A program made the position numbers and the translations under genes. Of a stretch of DNA of 64,000 nt, positions 43,538-54,396 are shown piece after piece. The stretch's first letter is position 1. Each line of letters opens with the position of its first letter. A model generated the notes under the pieces. That model searched no databases. It was not told the origin of the DNA and was given only the letters and a program-made list of their open reading frames with translations. The DNA is from a phage, in sequence record PZ496580.1; one strand, given 5' to 3'.

Positions 43538-43592
43538 TTTAGCACCCTTTATTATAAATACATAATAATATTTATCAATTGAGGGTGCTAAA
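43538..43592. promoter_or_regulatory. divergent late-promoter region bracketed by a perfect 10-bp inverted repeat
   Basis: Arms tttagcaccc (43538-43547) and gggtgctaaa (43583-43592) each abut a start codon (gene 4 and gene 53); plus-strand TATAAATA at 43553-43560; minus-strand GATAAATA at 43569-43576. Confidence 0.55.
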
Positions 43593-44147
43593 ATGCTCTT
43601 TTCTTTCTTCCCTGCCATTGAATACAACGGCAAGATGATTACTGACATTGTGCGCAATTACCGCGCATATTTCAACGCAATAATTTCTGATTATAACATA
43701 CAAACATATTACATTCAAGGTAGTCCACGACCGGAACAAGTTGCATATGAAGTATACGGAAACCAACAACTTTACTGGATCTTGCTGATGCTTAATGACG
43801 TATACGATCCGTTCCATGACTGGATCACCGATCAAGAGACAGCATATGAATCAGCCGAACAGCGATATGCAAATGTAGGAGGAAATCAAGTATTATACCA
43901 CGTTGATATTGACGGAAACAAGTATTGGAATCTTACCGAATATCCTAAAGGATCAAGCAATTGGTATGATAAAGGGGATATTCATCACCGTCATTTGCAG
44001 TTTCATGGTGCATTATCGGCAGTAGACACACTGGAAGATGCGATCCTCCGTAATGAGGAACGACGCAAGATCAAGATCATAGATCCTACACAAATTAAAC
44101 AATTTATTAACGCATTCATTCGAGAAATGGAAAAGGCTGATGTGTAA
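43593..44147 (+). CDS. 53: baseplate wedge protein gp53
   Basis: 184 aa directly upstream of gene 5; TATAAATA late promoter at 43553-43560. Confidence 0.7.
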   Translation: MLFSFFPAIEYNGKMITDIVRNYRAYFNAIISDYNIQTYYIQGSPRPEQVAYEVYGNQQLYWILLMLNDVYDPFHDWITDQETAYESAEQRYANVGGNQVLYHVDIDGNKYWNLTEYPKGSSNWYDKGDIHHRHLQFHGALSAVDTLEDAILRNEERRKIKIIDPTQIKQFINAFIREMEKADV

Positions 44148-44158
44148 GGTGATTAATT

Positions 44159-45958
44159 ATGCTAATGTTTAATAACTCCGTTAAATGGTTTACCGGAATT
44201 GTAGAAAACAGGGAAGACCCATTAATGCTGGGGCGTGTTCAGGTTAGGATTCATGGTATACATCCCTCGCTATCCGCGCACGGTGACATTCAAGGTCTTC
44301 CAACCGAAGATCTATTATGGATTACGCCAGTACAAGATATTACAAGCGCGGCGATCTCCGGTATAGGTCAAAGCCCTACTGGTATTGTTGAAGGTTCAAT
44401 GGTATTTGGTTTGGCTTTAGATGAACGTTATTTAAACTGCGTTATTCTGGGTACTATTGCCGGACAATATACAGAGAAACCACTCACTACAGAAGGTTTT
44501 TGCGACCCTTCTGGTGCATATCCTCGTTATATTGGTAATGATGTTAATATTCTTGCTCGTGGCGGTATTAACCCAGAAACCGGGCAAACAACAAAACCTG
44601 ATAGTGTCTATATTCGAGATGAAAACACTGGAGTTGCAGTAAATCCAGACGACGAGCCATTAGATCAAATTCCGGTTGATGATAATCCTGATTTTACAAT
44701 AGAAAAAATGCTGCGTGGCGATGAGGGATATCGCGAGAAATGGTATCTTGATTCAGAAGGATATCCGACAATAGGCATCGGGCATTTGATCATTTATAAG
44801 AAAACCAGTGATCTGGGTATTATCAATAATGAACTTTCTAAGCTGGTAGGGCGCGAAGTTACAAACGGAAGACTTACTGCCGAAGAAGTTAGCAAAGTAT
44901 TTGCTGACGATATAGAAAAAACTCGTCGTGATATGCGCAAACATCCACGAATTGCACCTGTCTATAATAAATGTAATGCTTCTCGTCGTATGGCATTAGA
45001 AAATATGGCGTTTCAAATGGGTGTTGGTGGCTTAGGGAAATTTAAGAATAGTCTTGCTGCAATGCTGGCGGAAGAATGGAAACAAGCCTATGATGGATTA
45101 CGTCAATCGGTATGGGCTAACCAAACTCCAGGACGTTCAAGCCGTGTATCTAAAATTATTCTGACTGGTAACTTAGAATCATATGGCGTAATTGCTCCAA
45201 AGAAAGAGGAATCAATTTCTGATGACCCGCGAGCACGTTTGAGAAATGCCCGTATTGCTGCCTATAAGACGCAGAGAGCAGAAGAAGACCCAGAAGCACC
45301 GTTTACCCCACAAGACACACGAATCATGTTTAAAGAGCCTAAGAGTTCGTATTCTGCAAGGTATCCATATAACCATGTATACGAGTCAGAGAGCGGTCAT
45401 ATTATCGAGATTGATGATACTCCTTCTCACGAACGTTATCATCGTAAACATCCTTCTGGTACATTTGAAGAAACCAGACCGGACGGAACGAGGGTAGAAA
45501 AGATTGAAGGCGATGACTATTTGATCGTTAAACAAGGCCGGAAAGTAAACGTTAAGGGTAATTTGCAAGTTGTTGTTGAAGGTGACGCGCAAGTTTATTA
45601 TATGGGTAATGTGATGCAAACCGTTGATGGTAACGTCACTGAATTTATTCGTGGCAATGTTAATCAGACCGTTGAGGGTACTGCAAATATGCATGTTGTA
45701 GGTGATGTTATCGCACAGCTTGACGCTAATTTGACGGCTAATGTCAAGGGTAATGCTGAATTAATGATCGAGGGTAACACTACAGAGACAATTAAAGGTA
45801 ACTATGATTTAACCGTTGAGGGTAATTTTAATATGACCGTCAATGGCACTAAATCAGATCAGGTTAATGGTGACTGGTCCCGTAATTGTGGTGCAAGCGT
45901 TAAAGATATTGCATCTGGCACAGTTAAAATTGATGGTAGCCGTATTGATCTTGGGTGA
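44159..45958 (+). CDS. 5: baseplate hub and tail lysozyme gp5
   Basis: N-terminal OB domain; central T4-lysozyme-like domain (EGYREKWYLDSEGYPTIGIGHLI...NQTPGRSSRV); C-terminal VxGxxxxxx beta-helix repeats. Confidence 0.9.
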   Translation: MLMFNNSVKWFTGIVENREDPLMLGRVQVRIHGIHPSLSAHGDIQGLPTEDLLWITPVQDITSAAISGIGQSPTGIVEGSMVFGLALDERYLNCVILGTIAGQYTEKPLTTEGFCDPSGAYPRYIGNDVNILARGGINPETGQTTKPDSVYIRDENTGVAVNPDDEPLDQIPVDDNPDFTIEKMLRGDEGYREKWYLDSEGYPTIGIGHLIIYKKTSDLGIINNELSKLVGREVTNGRLTAEEVSKVFADDIEKTRRDMRKHPRIAPVYNKCNASRRMALENMAFQMGVGGLGKFKNSLAAMLAEEWKQAYDGLRQSVWANQTPGRSSRVSKIILTGNLESYGVIAPKKEESISDDPRARLRNARIAAYKTQRAEEDPEAPFTPQDTRIMFKEPKSSYSARYPYNHVYESESGHIIEIDDTPSHERYHRKHPSGTFEETRPDGTRVEKIEGDDYLIVKQGRKVNVKGNLQVVVEGDAQVYYMGNVMQTVDGNVTEFIRGNVNQTVEGTANMHVVGDVIAQLDANLTANVKGNAELMIEGNTTETIKGNYDLTVEGNFNMTVNGTKSDQVNGDWSRNCGASVKDIASGTVKIDGSRIDLG

Positions 45959-45966
45959 GGTAACTA

Positions 45967-46533
45967 ATGGTTGAAATTCTTCCTGTGAGTTCAAAATTGG
46001 AGGATATCAGCGAGCGAGAAATCTTTGAGGTGGTGTTCTCTTATAAAGCAACGCCACCTGATGCAAACACCACATACACGATTAAAGAGTTTAAGATCAG
46101 CGAGTATCGCCCTAATAAGGGCGTTACCGTTGAAGAAACTAAAATATCTGGTGAGTATCGGGATAGTTTTTCGCTTGGCGCGGATTCTCTTAAATATATA
46201 ACGAAAGATCGAATTAAAAAATCTGCCGGAAGTTTTGATGATTTACCAGATCCAACTACCGCAGATCTATATTATTTTAACGCTCCTACACGTCTACAGG
46301 AGGTTTATACTTATAAAGTAACCCTAACCTATATCCAATCTGTTTCAGAGTCTTCTGGTGGTTCCGGTGAAGGAAATAGTGGTGGTTCTAATAGCCGAGA
46401 GGGTGCTGGTGAAACTAATCCGCCTCCGGTAGTAACCGAACACACAATAGAGAAAGTTTATACTCAAACCGTTTTTGGAAATTGGGATGTGTGGAGTAAA
46501 CAGTTAAGAGATTATGTACATAGGGGTGTTTAA
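45967..46533 (+). CDS. hypothetical protein at gp5.1 position (188 aa)
   Basis: ORF between gene 5 and the PAAR gene; Gly/Ser-rich C-terminal segment. Confidence 0.55.
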   Translation: MVEILPVSSKLEDISEREIFEVVFSYKATPPDANTTYTIKEFKISEYRPNKGVTVEETKISGEYRDSFSLGADSLKYITKDRIKKSAGSFDDLPDPTTADLYYFNAPTRLQEVYTYKVTLTYIQSVSESSGGSGEGNSGGSNSREGAGETNPPPVVTEHTIEKVYTQTVFGNWDVWSKQLRDYVHRGV

Positions 46534-46826
46534 TGGCTGGATTATCCTACGATAAAGCTAAAACTACAGGGCACGGAAACTACCCACCTACGGTAATTAA
46601 TGCAACTCAATCTAAGGTATTTGTTGAGGGTATCCCTGTATTAGTCGAAGGAGACCCAATTACACCACATACAAAAACAACAAAACCTTATGATACACAC
46701 GGGGGAACTACGGTCGCCAGTACCCCGAAAGTATTTGTTACCGGAAAGAAAGCAATTCAAATGGCAGATCGTATTAGCTGTGGCGATACCGTCGCTATGG
46801 CATCACCGAAGGTATTCATAAAATGA
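46533..46826 (+). CDS. 5.4: PAAR-repeat baseplate spike tip protein gp5.4
   Basis: 97 aa, same length as T4 gp5.4; PAAR-type pattern [18 protein letters not shown]...KVFVTGKKA. Confidence 0.85.
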   Translation: MAGLSYDKAKTTGHGNYPPTVINATQSKVFVEGIPVLVEGDPITPHTKTTKPYDTHGGTTVASTPKVFVTGKKAIQMADRISCGDTVAMASPKVFIK

Positions 46827-48727
46827 CAAAGCAAAAGATTACACAAATTCCTGATATTTTTAATGCTGCTACATTCGATGAAATTAAAAGCGCATTAACA
46901 GACTGGATGAGAAACCAGGAAGAATTTAAAGATTTTGATTTTAATGGTGCTGGTATTAACGTATTGATGGACTTGCTCGCATATAACACTCTGTATATTC
47001 AGCAATTCGCTAACGCCGCTCTATATGAATCTTTTATCAGAACTGCAATTAAACGTAGTTCAGTGGTTCAAGCCGCGCAAGATTTAGGATATTTGCCAGC
47101 AAGTAAAACTAGTGCATCAACTACAATTATGTTGCATGTATCACATCCGCGAAATCCGGCAAGTATTCGAATCCCACGAGGAACTAAATTTATTGCAAGT
47201 GTGGATCGCCAGACGTCTTATCCGTTTGTGACTACAGAAGACGTTGTGAGCGTTTTAGGTTCAAATGGTTTATATACGCCTATGCTTAAAGTCGCACAAG
47301 GTCGTATTGTTCGTACAGAAATGTTATTTGATCCGAAGAAACAAATTCTGATCCGTGACCCTGATATTGACCGCGCTCAGGTTAAGTTGTGGGTAGACGG
47401 TGCTGAATGGAAAGACTGGACGCGAGAAAGTATTGTTAATGCAACTGGCGCTAGTAATATTTTCTATATGCGTGAAACCGTAGACGGACATACAGAAATC
47501 TTCTTTGGTGAAGGTGAATCAACTTTATCTGCTGCTGGCGGTGCACTGGAAGCAAATTATATTGGTGGACTTAAGCCGTCAACTGGTGCTAATATTGTTA
47601 TTGAATATATCAGCACTAAGGGCGCGGAAGCAAACGGTTCAGTTAATTTTACATATGCGGATACATTGGCATCAATTTCTATTGTTAAAATTATTGAGAA
47701 TCCGACAAATGATCGTGATTATGTCGGTGCAGATGGTGGTGGTGATCCTGAATCAATCGAACGTATTCGTGAACTTGCTCCGGTAATGCGTGAATCTCAG
47801 CGTCGTTGTGTAACTGCTTCCGACTATGAGGCTTTTGTGTCTAGCCGTTTTGGTAGTATTGTTCAGGCTGTACAATGTTTCACCGACCGAGAAAAACCGG
47901 GTTATGCTTTTGTTGCTGTTAAGCCTAAATCTGGCTTGCGTTTGACAACTGTTCAAAAAGAAGATATGCGGGATTATCTGGCAAAATATAATCTTGCCCC
48001 TATCACGCCGAGCATAATTGACCCTAACTATCTGTATATTAAACAGAATATTAAAGTTTCCTATTCAATCAACGACTTGTCAGAATCAGAGCAGTGGTTG
48101 CGCGGTGCGGTTATTGATCAGATTGATGCATATTATACCGACGAAGTGGAAATTTTTAACCAGACATTTAGTAAGTCTAAAATGCTTGCTCGTATTGACA
48201 AAGCTGACGTGTCTGTGATAGGTTCTAGTGCAGAAATCGAGATGGTGCGAGAGATCGACAACTTCTATAAAGCACCTATGGCTGGAATCAAGTTTTTAAA
48301 CCAGTATAAGAGCGGAATTAAGTCTAGTTCATTCAACTTCGAAAAGGACGACAAGCAATATCCGATCCATTATGTAAGTACAGAAATGAACAAAGAATCC
48401 GGTTTAGCTAAATTGCTGGTTGGACCTTTCCCTGTTGGTTCTACAATCGCTTTACCGCACTATTCCGGCACTGATTTTGATAAAGAGGTTATCGACGGTG
48501 CGGACCTATACTTTGAGGTTGGAGAGGTTCAGCATTATGAAGACCTTATTTCATGGGATCTGGGTAAACTGAATATCAATAGCGATCGCTTTACTGGTTC
48601 ATATATTGAGTTGACAGCTAAACCGATTGCTGATAACATCTTTACTAAAGACGGTTCTTTGATCGTGTTTGAAAACGATCTCCGTCCTCAGTACACAACT
48701 ATTAGTCTGGAGGCAATTGCTCAATGA
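46823..48727 (+). CDS. 6: baseplate wedge protein gp6
   Basis: [32 protein letters not shown]...[14 protein letters not shown] nearly identical in pattern to T4 gp6; 634 aa. Confidence 0.85.
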   Translation: MTKQKITQIPDIFNAATFDEIKSALTDWMRNQEEFKDFDFNGAGINVLMDLLAYNTLYIQQFANAALYESFIRTAIKRSSVVQAAQDLGYLPASKTSASTTIMLHVSHPRNPASIRIPRGTKFIASVDRQTSYPFVTTEDVVSVLGSNGLYTPMLKVAQGRIVRTEMLFDPKKQILIRDPDIDRAQVKLWVDGAEWKDWTRESIVNATGASNIFYMRETVDGHTEIFFGEGESTLSAAGGALEANYIGGLKPSTGANIVIEYISTKGAEANGSVNFTYADTLASISIVKIIENPTNDRDYVGADGGGDPESIERIRELAPVMRESQRRCVTASDYEAFVSSRFGSIVQAVQCFTDREKPGYAFVAVKPKSGLRLTTVQKEDMRDYLAKYNLAPITPSIIDPNYLYIKQNIKVSYSINDLSESEQWLRGAVIDQIDAYYTDEVEIFNQTFSKSKMLARIDKADVSVIGSSAEIEMVREIDNFYKAPMAGIKFLNQYKSGIKSSSFNFEKDDKQYPIHYVSTEMNKESGLAKLLVGPFPVGSTIALPHYSGTDFDKEVIDGADLYFEVGEVQHYEDLISWDLGKLNINSDRFTGSYIELTAKPIADNIFTKDGSLIVFENDLRPQYTTISLEAIAQ

Positions 48728-51700
48728 TTAAAGCGCCTAGTGTAACTAGCTTGACAATAGAAAAATTGTCTGCTAATCAGGCGTATATCACATGGGATGA
48801 CGTAGGCGAAAACTTCTTTTATTTTGTGGAGTTAGCCGAAACCAGAACACGAGACGGGGAGATCATCCCCGTCGATGAGTTAAGCTGGGTAAACCTGGGA
48901 TATACTGCCGACCAAAACTGGTTTGAGGACAAAAACCTTTTTCCAGAATATTATTACAAGTTTCGTGTAGCAGTAGCCGCAGAAGGATTTGAACAAAGTA
49001 AATGGGTTGAGACAGAAGAGTTTCAGACATTTAAAACAAACGCATATAATTTTTCTATGATGCGAGAGTTCAACCTTGCAAACGAGTTTATAAAGGAAAA
49101 ATTTACATACGATAATAGAGAGTATGTCAAGTTTAACACTGACCTGATTCAAGCATCCTTGATGAAGGAAGATTTTGTCTTTAGTCCTGAATATGCAAAC
49201 ATGACAAATATCTCAAACTACATTGTAGTTGACGAGAACTTTCATGAAATACAGGACCACATAGAAAAAGTTTGTACTGATATAAACCGCACGATGTTAG
49301 CGGAAATGAACGGTGTTTTATACCTTTTCGAAAGGTTCCAGCCGATCGTGAAAGTGTCAAATGATAAAGGTCAATCATGGAAAGCATACAAGGCTTTTAA
49401 TGATCGTGTAGGCAATCCGGTTTCCCGTACATGCGTTTATCAGTCTAAAACCACTACTTACGTTTTAGGATATGACCGAATCTTTTACGGACGACAAGCT
49501 AGCGATACTCGATGGAGCGCGGACGATGTTCGATTTAGTGATGATACGATCACTTTTGCAAAGGTTGGTGACGAAAACGACTTAGGGTTTGATGTTGAGG
49601 TCTTTGGTGTATTTTCCAGATTAACAGGGGACACCACAAAATACGCCGAAGCTATGGCGTGCAGTGATGACTATTTGTGGGTTGGAGCTAAAGATGTTAT
49701 TCGCCGGATTCGTCTTAAGAATACTCCTGTTGATACCGTACAGGGTTCTCCTACGTTTGGAGAAAAAATATTCGATCCTGATGTTATCCGAGTAACAGGA
49801 AATGATAAAGCTGTCATTCAGAAAATGGATGTGATCGACGGTAAATTGCTTGTGTTTGTTACTGGTGAAGTTAAACAGCGTTATCAAGATCCAACCAAAC
49901 CAGAAAACGTTGTTCCGTCAGATGATGCGGGTGTATACTTAATAGGGAGTGATGGTCTGTCTTTTCAGAGAGTATTTGGCAACACTCCACAGGAAAGGGA
50001 ATATATTCAGCATGGGTTCAGTAATATGTCAACCAATGGTGATGAGGTGTTCATAAGCCATTATAATCATCACTTCGAAAGCATTTTACCTGATCCAGAA
50101 ACTGCCGCGAAATATGAATTAAGCGAAGCTGTAAAATATTCTCAGGAGCCAACTTATCTAACTGATAAGAAAATACATCAAACTACTTTCAGAGCAAGTT
50201 ATGATGATTTGCGTATTTGGGAGCTAGGTCCACAAGCATATTATAACGAGGCTGATTATACATGGATGCGTCGAAACGGTGTCCGTGTGTGGATCACAAA
50301 TGATAATCGCCCGTTGGTTGTTTATCCAGAGGTTATCTATACTCAAGAAGTTGATACGTCTGGCATTCTTGACCAAAATAGGGTCAACCGAGAAGTTTAT
50401 GATAAAGGGACCGTGACCTGTTATCTTAACAATGTTAAATTTGAAGGATTCAAACAATATGCATCCGGTGTAATGTTCCATAAAAACACGGGAGAGATCA
50501 TTGGATTCTATCAATTTAATTATCGTGTTCGTGATCAAGTTGGTGTATATTGGAAACCTACAAATGTAGCATTTGTTGCTGAATTGCAAAATCAGGTTCG
50601 AGAGGTTCCCTGGGTTCCTGTTCATTATGACAGAGAGCAAGATCCAGATTTGCGACCTTTACTGAATAAGATGACACCGGATAGCTTTTTACTTGAGAAC
50701 GAAAATTTCAGAAAATTCTCTGAATATTATCTGCAATTCTTAAGTGATGGTTCAGGAACATATTATAATAAACTAAAAAATCTGATTAAAAACAAATATC
50801 CACGCGAGCAAGATGCATATGAGTATCTTTGGTCAGAGATGAACAAACGAAACATCTATGCAGATAAAAACAAGCGAGATGCGGTAGTAAGATTCTTTGA
50901 ATCCCGCAAATCAGATTTTTATTCCACTAAGGGCGTGGAGGCTTCTTATAAGTTCTTGTTTAAGTTACTTTATAATGAAGATGTGGAAATTGAGGTTGAA
51001 TCACAAGCCGGACTAGAGTATGATATTGTTGTTAGTTCAACGAACATTGACGAGGATATCGTAGGTCGCACGATTTATACTCAAACCGGACGGGCTAACG
51101 TGACGTATCTTGAAAGGGAATATGAAGGTGGTCGCCTACGCTGGCGAGTAACCATTCATAACCTGATCGGGCGGTTCGAAGAAGGTCAAGTGATCAAATC
51201 AGAGAAAACAGCGTTTGAAGGGATGATCCTTGTTGGTGTACGTGGTAAAGAGTTGTTGAGTAGTTCAATCGACTATATCAACCGCTCACGAAGCCAATAC
51301 ACCATGAAGATTAAAAGCGCATTGCCAGTTTCGCGCTATGCAAATGATGTAATGCGATTCGTTCATCCTGTCGGCTTTGGGTTTATCGGTGTTACCCTGC
51401 TTACGATGTTCATTAACAGCGGGTTAAGCATGAAACACACAGAGACGATAATTCAATCTCTAAAAAATTATAAGTTTGACAGCGGATTGCCTAGCGTGTA
51501 TCCTGATCGGGTGGCAGACCTTGACGTTGACGGAAACATTAAGAAAGACCCGCTTACCGGAAAAGCATTATATTTGACTTCACCTTTAATTGGCGATGAA
51601 TTTCCGGTTCCTCCTGAATATGATCAGGAGAACAGCGAATTGTTCCACGGACTTAAAGCAAGTGAACGAAGATTTGCAATGAGTCCACTGTTTGACCAGT

Positions 51701-51810
51701 CGGCGGTAACATTCTCTATGTTCCGTGAACTTGTAGATAAACGGTTGAAGGATAATATAGGGAATCCACGCGATCCGAAGAATCCGACACAGAGGAAAAT
51801 TAATGGCTAA
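48724..51810 (+). CDS. 7: baseplate wedge protein gp7
   Basis: 1028 aa (T4 gp7 1032 aa) between genes 6 and 8. Confidence 0.8.
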   Translation: MIKAPSVTSLTIEKLSANQAYITWDDVGENFFYFVELAETRTRDGEIIPVDELSWVNLGYTADQNWFEDKNLFPEYYYKFRVAVAAEGFEQSKWVETEEFQTFKTNAYNFSMMREFNLANEFIKEKFTYDNREYVKFNTDLIQASLMKEDFVFSPEYANMTNISNYIVVDENFHEIQDHIEKVCTDINRTMLAEMNGVLYLFERFQPIVKVSNDKGQSWKAYKAFNDRVGNPVSRTCVYQSKTTTYVLGYDRIFYGRQASDTRWSADDVRFSDDTITFAKVGDENDLGFDVEVFGVFSRLTGDTTKYAEAMACSDDYLWVGAKDVIRRIRLKNTPVDTVQGSPTFGEKIFDPDVIRVTGNDKAVIQKMDVIDGKLLVFVTGEVKQRYQDPTKPENVVPSDDAGVYLIGSDGLSFQRVFGNTPQEREYIQHGFSNMSTNGDEVFISHYNHHFESILPDPETAAKYELSEAVKYSQEPTYLTDKKIHQTTFRASYDDLRIWELGPQAYYNEADYTWMRRNGVRVWITNDNRPLVVYPEVIYTQEVDTSGILDQNRVNREVYDKGTVTCYLNNVKFEGFKQYASGVMFHKNTGEIIGFYQFNYRVRDQVGVYWKPTNVAFVAELQNQVREVPWVPVHYDREQDPDLRPLLNKMTPDSFLLENENFRKFSEYYLQFLSDGSGTYYNKLKNLIKNKYPREQDAYEYLWSEMNKRNIYADKNKRDAVVRFFESRKSDFYSTKGVEASYKFLFKLLYNEDVEIEVESQAGLEYDIVVSSTNIDEDIVGRTIYTQTGRANVTYLEREYEGGRLRWRVTIHNLIGRFEEGQVIKSEKTAFEGMILVGVRGKELLSSSIDYINRSRSQYTMKIKSALPVSRYANDVMRFVHPVGFGFIGVTLLTMFINSGLSMKHTETIIQSLKNYKFDSGLPSVYPDRVADLDVDGNIKKDPLTGKALYLTSPLIGDEFPVPPEYDQENSELFHGLKASERRFAMSPLFDQSAVTFSMFRELVDKRLKDNIGNPRDPKNPTQRKING

Positions 51811-52798
51811 TGAAAATAGTGTGATCTATCGCTCAATCATTACTAGTAAATTCAGAACGGAAAAACTTCTGAATTTCTATAATTCTGTAGGCGATGGGGC
51901 AAATCAAATTACAATTTATGGAACGTTTGGACGTTCGGAGCCGTGGTCAGAAAACGAAAAAGAGGTGGGCTTTGCCCCACCTTATCCAACCGACTCAACG
52001 GCTGGCGTTGTTGATATGTGGACCCATATGATGGGGGCGGTTAAGATTAACAAATCACTTCTTGATGCGGTTATCCCTCGTAAAGATTGGGGTGATACCG
52101 GACAGGATAACCCGCGCACGTTCTTTATCAATGACATTGTTGTCGTAAACTCAGCACCATATAACCGTACAGATGTTGGTAGCGGCTGGATGGTGTATCG
52201 CGTAACCGATGTTCCTGATCGCGGTTACTGCTCGATTTCAAGCATTGACGCTAAAGTAGAGTGTTTGAAGCTGGGCGGAAAGTGGACACCTACTCATGAA
52301 TCAATCGCGCCACCTGTAGGAAAGGGCGATTCTATTGATATGGGTGATGGGTATCGTTGGGAATATCTGTACACAATTCCACCTGATGCGGCGATCAACC
52401 GTTGCACCAATGAACATATTGTTGTTCCATTCCCAGATGAATTGAGACAAGATCCGGCGCGTTGGGGATATGATAATGTGATCACCTGGTATAATGACTA
52501 TAATCTGCTTTATCGGCTGAAAGTAGTAACTTTGCGTTTTCAGGCTTATATGGACTCAGCGCAATTCCCAACTACCGCGTTAGTGGGTAATACTGGCTTC
52601 CGTCAGTTAAGCATTATCCTTAACCCATTGGAAAAGAAAGCACGCCCTAGCGATCCAGATGTTAAAGCGGTTAAAGATAAGTACCGTCCGCAAGACTTAG
52701 AGCCACACTCAGGAGAAATGATCTACATGGAAAACCGACAACCTATCGTTCGGTCATTAGATCAAACAGAACTTGTTTCTGTATTGTTTGAGTTCTAA
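51803..52798 (+). CDS. 8: baseplate wedge protein gp8
   Basis: SVIYRSIITSKFRTEKLLNFYNS...GRSEPWSENEKEVGFAPPYPTDS...EMIYMENRQPI collinear with T4 gp8. Confidence 0.88.
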   Translation: MANENSVIYRSIITSKFRTEKLLNFYNSVGDGANQITIYGTFGRSEPWSENEKEVGFAPPYPTDSTAGVVDMWTHMMGAVKINKSLLDAVIPRKDWGDTGQDNPRTFFINDIVVVNSAPYNRTDVGSGWMVYRVTDVPDRGYCSISSIDAKVECLKLGGKWTPTHESIAPPVGKGDSIDMGDGYRWEYLYTIPPDAAINRCTNEHIVVPFPDELRQDPARWGYDNVITWYNDYNLLYRLKVVTLRFQAYMDSAQFPTTALVGNTGFRQLSIILNPLEKKARPSDPDVKAVKDKYRPQDLEPHSGEMIYMENRQPIVRSLDQTELVSVLFEF

Positions 52799-52810
52799 GT
52801 GTATGATTTA

Positions 52811-52840
52811 AAAGCCAATTCGAGAGAGTTGGCTTTTTCC
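52811..52840 (+). terminator. rho-independent terminator after gene 8
   Basis: 7-bp stem aagccaa/ttggctt followed by T5. Confidence 0.55.
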
Positions 52841-52850
52841 ATTTTGGGGG

Positions 52851-52878
52851 TTGACAATCTTGTCTGATAAGGTATAAT
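52851..52878 (+). promoter_or_regulatory. near-consensus sigma70 promoter driving the inserted 3-gene cassette
   Basis: TTGACA(52851-52856)-16-TATAAT(52873-52878); GGAGG Shine-Dalgarno and ATG at 52908. Confidence 0.65.
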
Positions 52879-52907
52879 GCTCACATCTAAACAACGGAGG
52901 ATAAATT

Positions 52908-53165
52908 ATGGCACGTCGTAAATTTACAGATAATTGTGAAGCAATTCAGGTATCCCCTTGCGGTTGGGATGTGATCGCGAACGGTGAAAAGATCGGAGAG
53001 ATCATCGATCATACTCATTCATCACTAGCCGATTACACCGATGAACTATGGGAGGGTATTAATTGCGCTAACGTAACCAAACGATTCAAGACTATTGATG
53101 AAGCTATACATTTTGTGTATAATCCAACTTTCGGTATGTGGAGTGATAGAAAATGGCACGCGTAA
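52908..53165 (+). CDS. hypothetical protein (85 aa), first gene of inserted cassette
   Basis: ATG at 52908 with GGAGG, 30 nt downstream of sigma70-like promoter. Confidence 0.5.
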   Translation: MARRKFTDNCEAIQVSPCGWDVIANGEKIGEIIDHTHSSLADYTDELWEGINCANVTKRFKTIDEAIHFVYNPTFGMWSDRKWHA

Positions 53166-53482
53166 ATATTAAACTGCATTATACAATGGGTAAACCAAAA
53201 CATCCAATGTATAAAGTGTTTTGGGGCTTGCATCTTCAAGAAAAATGGCACGATAACTATTGGTTTTGTGACCATGATAAGAAGTGGCATTCTCAAGATG
53301 AAGTTAATGCGATGATGGAACAGGGTATCAAATTTAATTACTCTAATTATGACCATAGCATTACTTGTATTCGAAAATTAAAACGGTTTATTCGAAAGAA
53401 TCCGCAATTTAAAAACTTTGTGTTCTTTATGTCTCATGTTTATTTGGGGCATAGCGTTACCGTAACAGCAAAGGTTAAATAA
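53153..53482 (+). CDS. hypothetical His/Trp-rich protein (109 aa)
   Basis: Overlaps upstream ORF by 13 nt. Confidence 0.5.
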   Translation: MARVNIKLHYTMGKPKHPMYKVFWGLHLQEKWHDNYWFCDHDKKWHSQDEVNAMMEQGIKFNYSNYDHSITCIRKLKRFIRKNPQFKNFVFFMSHVYLGHSVTVTAKVK

Positions 53483-54321
53483 TGGCACGACTTTCTAAAC
53501 AAGAACAAAAATTACACGATCGAGCAATGGAGTTGATTAATTCAGATCGTCCATTGACCTATGAAGAAAAAGAATTTTGCTATAACAACTATCAGGGCGA
53601 TGGTCTAGGTGGTTCCGGTGCATTCTTTACCCCAGAAGGTCTTGCATGGGATTTTACCATCGATGCACATTGCACAGGAAAAGTATTAGATCTTTGTGCT
53701 GGGATCGGTCGCTTATCTTTTTGTATGTTACATCGTTGTAAGCCAGAAAAGATCGTATGCGTCGAACTCAATCCAGAATTTGCGCGTATAGGTAAACGAC
53801 TATTACCGGAAGCAGAATGGATCACCAGCGATGTATTCGAATTTGAGTCAAACGAAAAATTCGATGTGGTGATCAGCAATCCACCTTTCGGGAAAATCAA
53901 TACAACCGACACAAAGGATGTATTTGAGTACACTGGCGGCGAATTTGAATTTAAGGTTATGACATTAGGCCAGAAGTTTGCCGATGTAGGTTATTTTATT
54001 GTTCCTGTTGGTTCCGCTGGTTTTGCCTATTCCGGTAGACCTTATTATGACGGGACCATGAAGTCTAATAAATATCTAAAATGGAGCAAACAAACTGGTT
54101 TGGTGACTTATGCCGGATGTGGGATCGATACATCAATCTATCGCGATGAATGGCATAGTACCAACGTTTTAACAGAAGTGGTTGAGGTTCGGTATTACGA
54201 GAAAGAAGCCGTAGAAGCGCCTAAATCGCGTCCTAACGAACAAATAGAAGAAAGTAAGGAGATTACCTTACCGAAACAGGAAAGCGAGTCTGGGACACTC
54301 TCAGATTTGTTTGACATTTAA
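53482..54321 (+). CDS. SAM-dependent methyltransferase (NPPF motif; probable N6-adenine or amino-group MTase)
   Basis: FFTPEGLAWDF (motif X-like), VLDLCAGIGRLS (motif I), VVISNPPFG (motif IV), order X-I-IV; 279 aa; followed by terminator 54326-54351. Confidence 0.65.
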   Translation: MARLSKQEQKLHDRAMELINSDRPLTYEEKEFCYNNYQGDGLGGSGAFFTPEGLAWDFTIDAHCTGKVLDLCAGIGRLSFCMLHRCKPEKIVCVELNPEFARIGKRLLPEAEWITSDVFEFESNEKFDVVISNPPFGKINTTDTKDVFEYTGGEFEFKVMTLGQKFADVGYFIVPVGSAGFAYSGRPYYDGTMKSNKYLKWSKQTGLVTYAGCGIDTSIYRDEWHSTNVLTEVVEVRYYEKEAVEAPKSRPNEQIEESKEITLPKQESESGTLSDLFDI

Positions 54322-54325
54322 TTAT

Positions 54326-54351
54326 AAGCCGTCCTTGTGGGCGGCTTTTTT
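54326..54351 (+). terminator. rho-independent terminator after the methyltransferase gene
   Basis: Stem aagccg/cggctt with inner pairs, then T6. Confidence 0.55.
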
Positions 54352-54361
54352 GTATGTATTT

Positions 54362-54369
54362 TATAAATA
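54362..54369 (+). promoter_or_regulatory. T4-type late promoter for gene 9
   Basis: Exact TATAAATA about 28 nt upstream of the gene 9 ATG. Confidence 0.6.
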
Positions 54370-54396
54370 ATACACCATAACATGAGGAATTAAACA

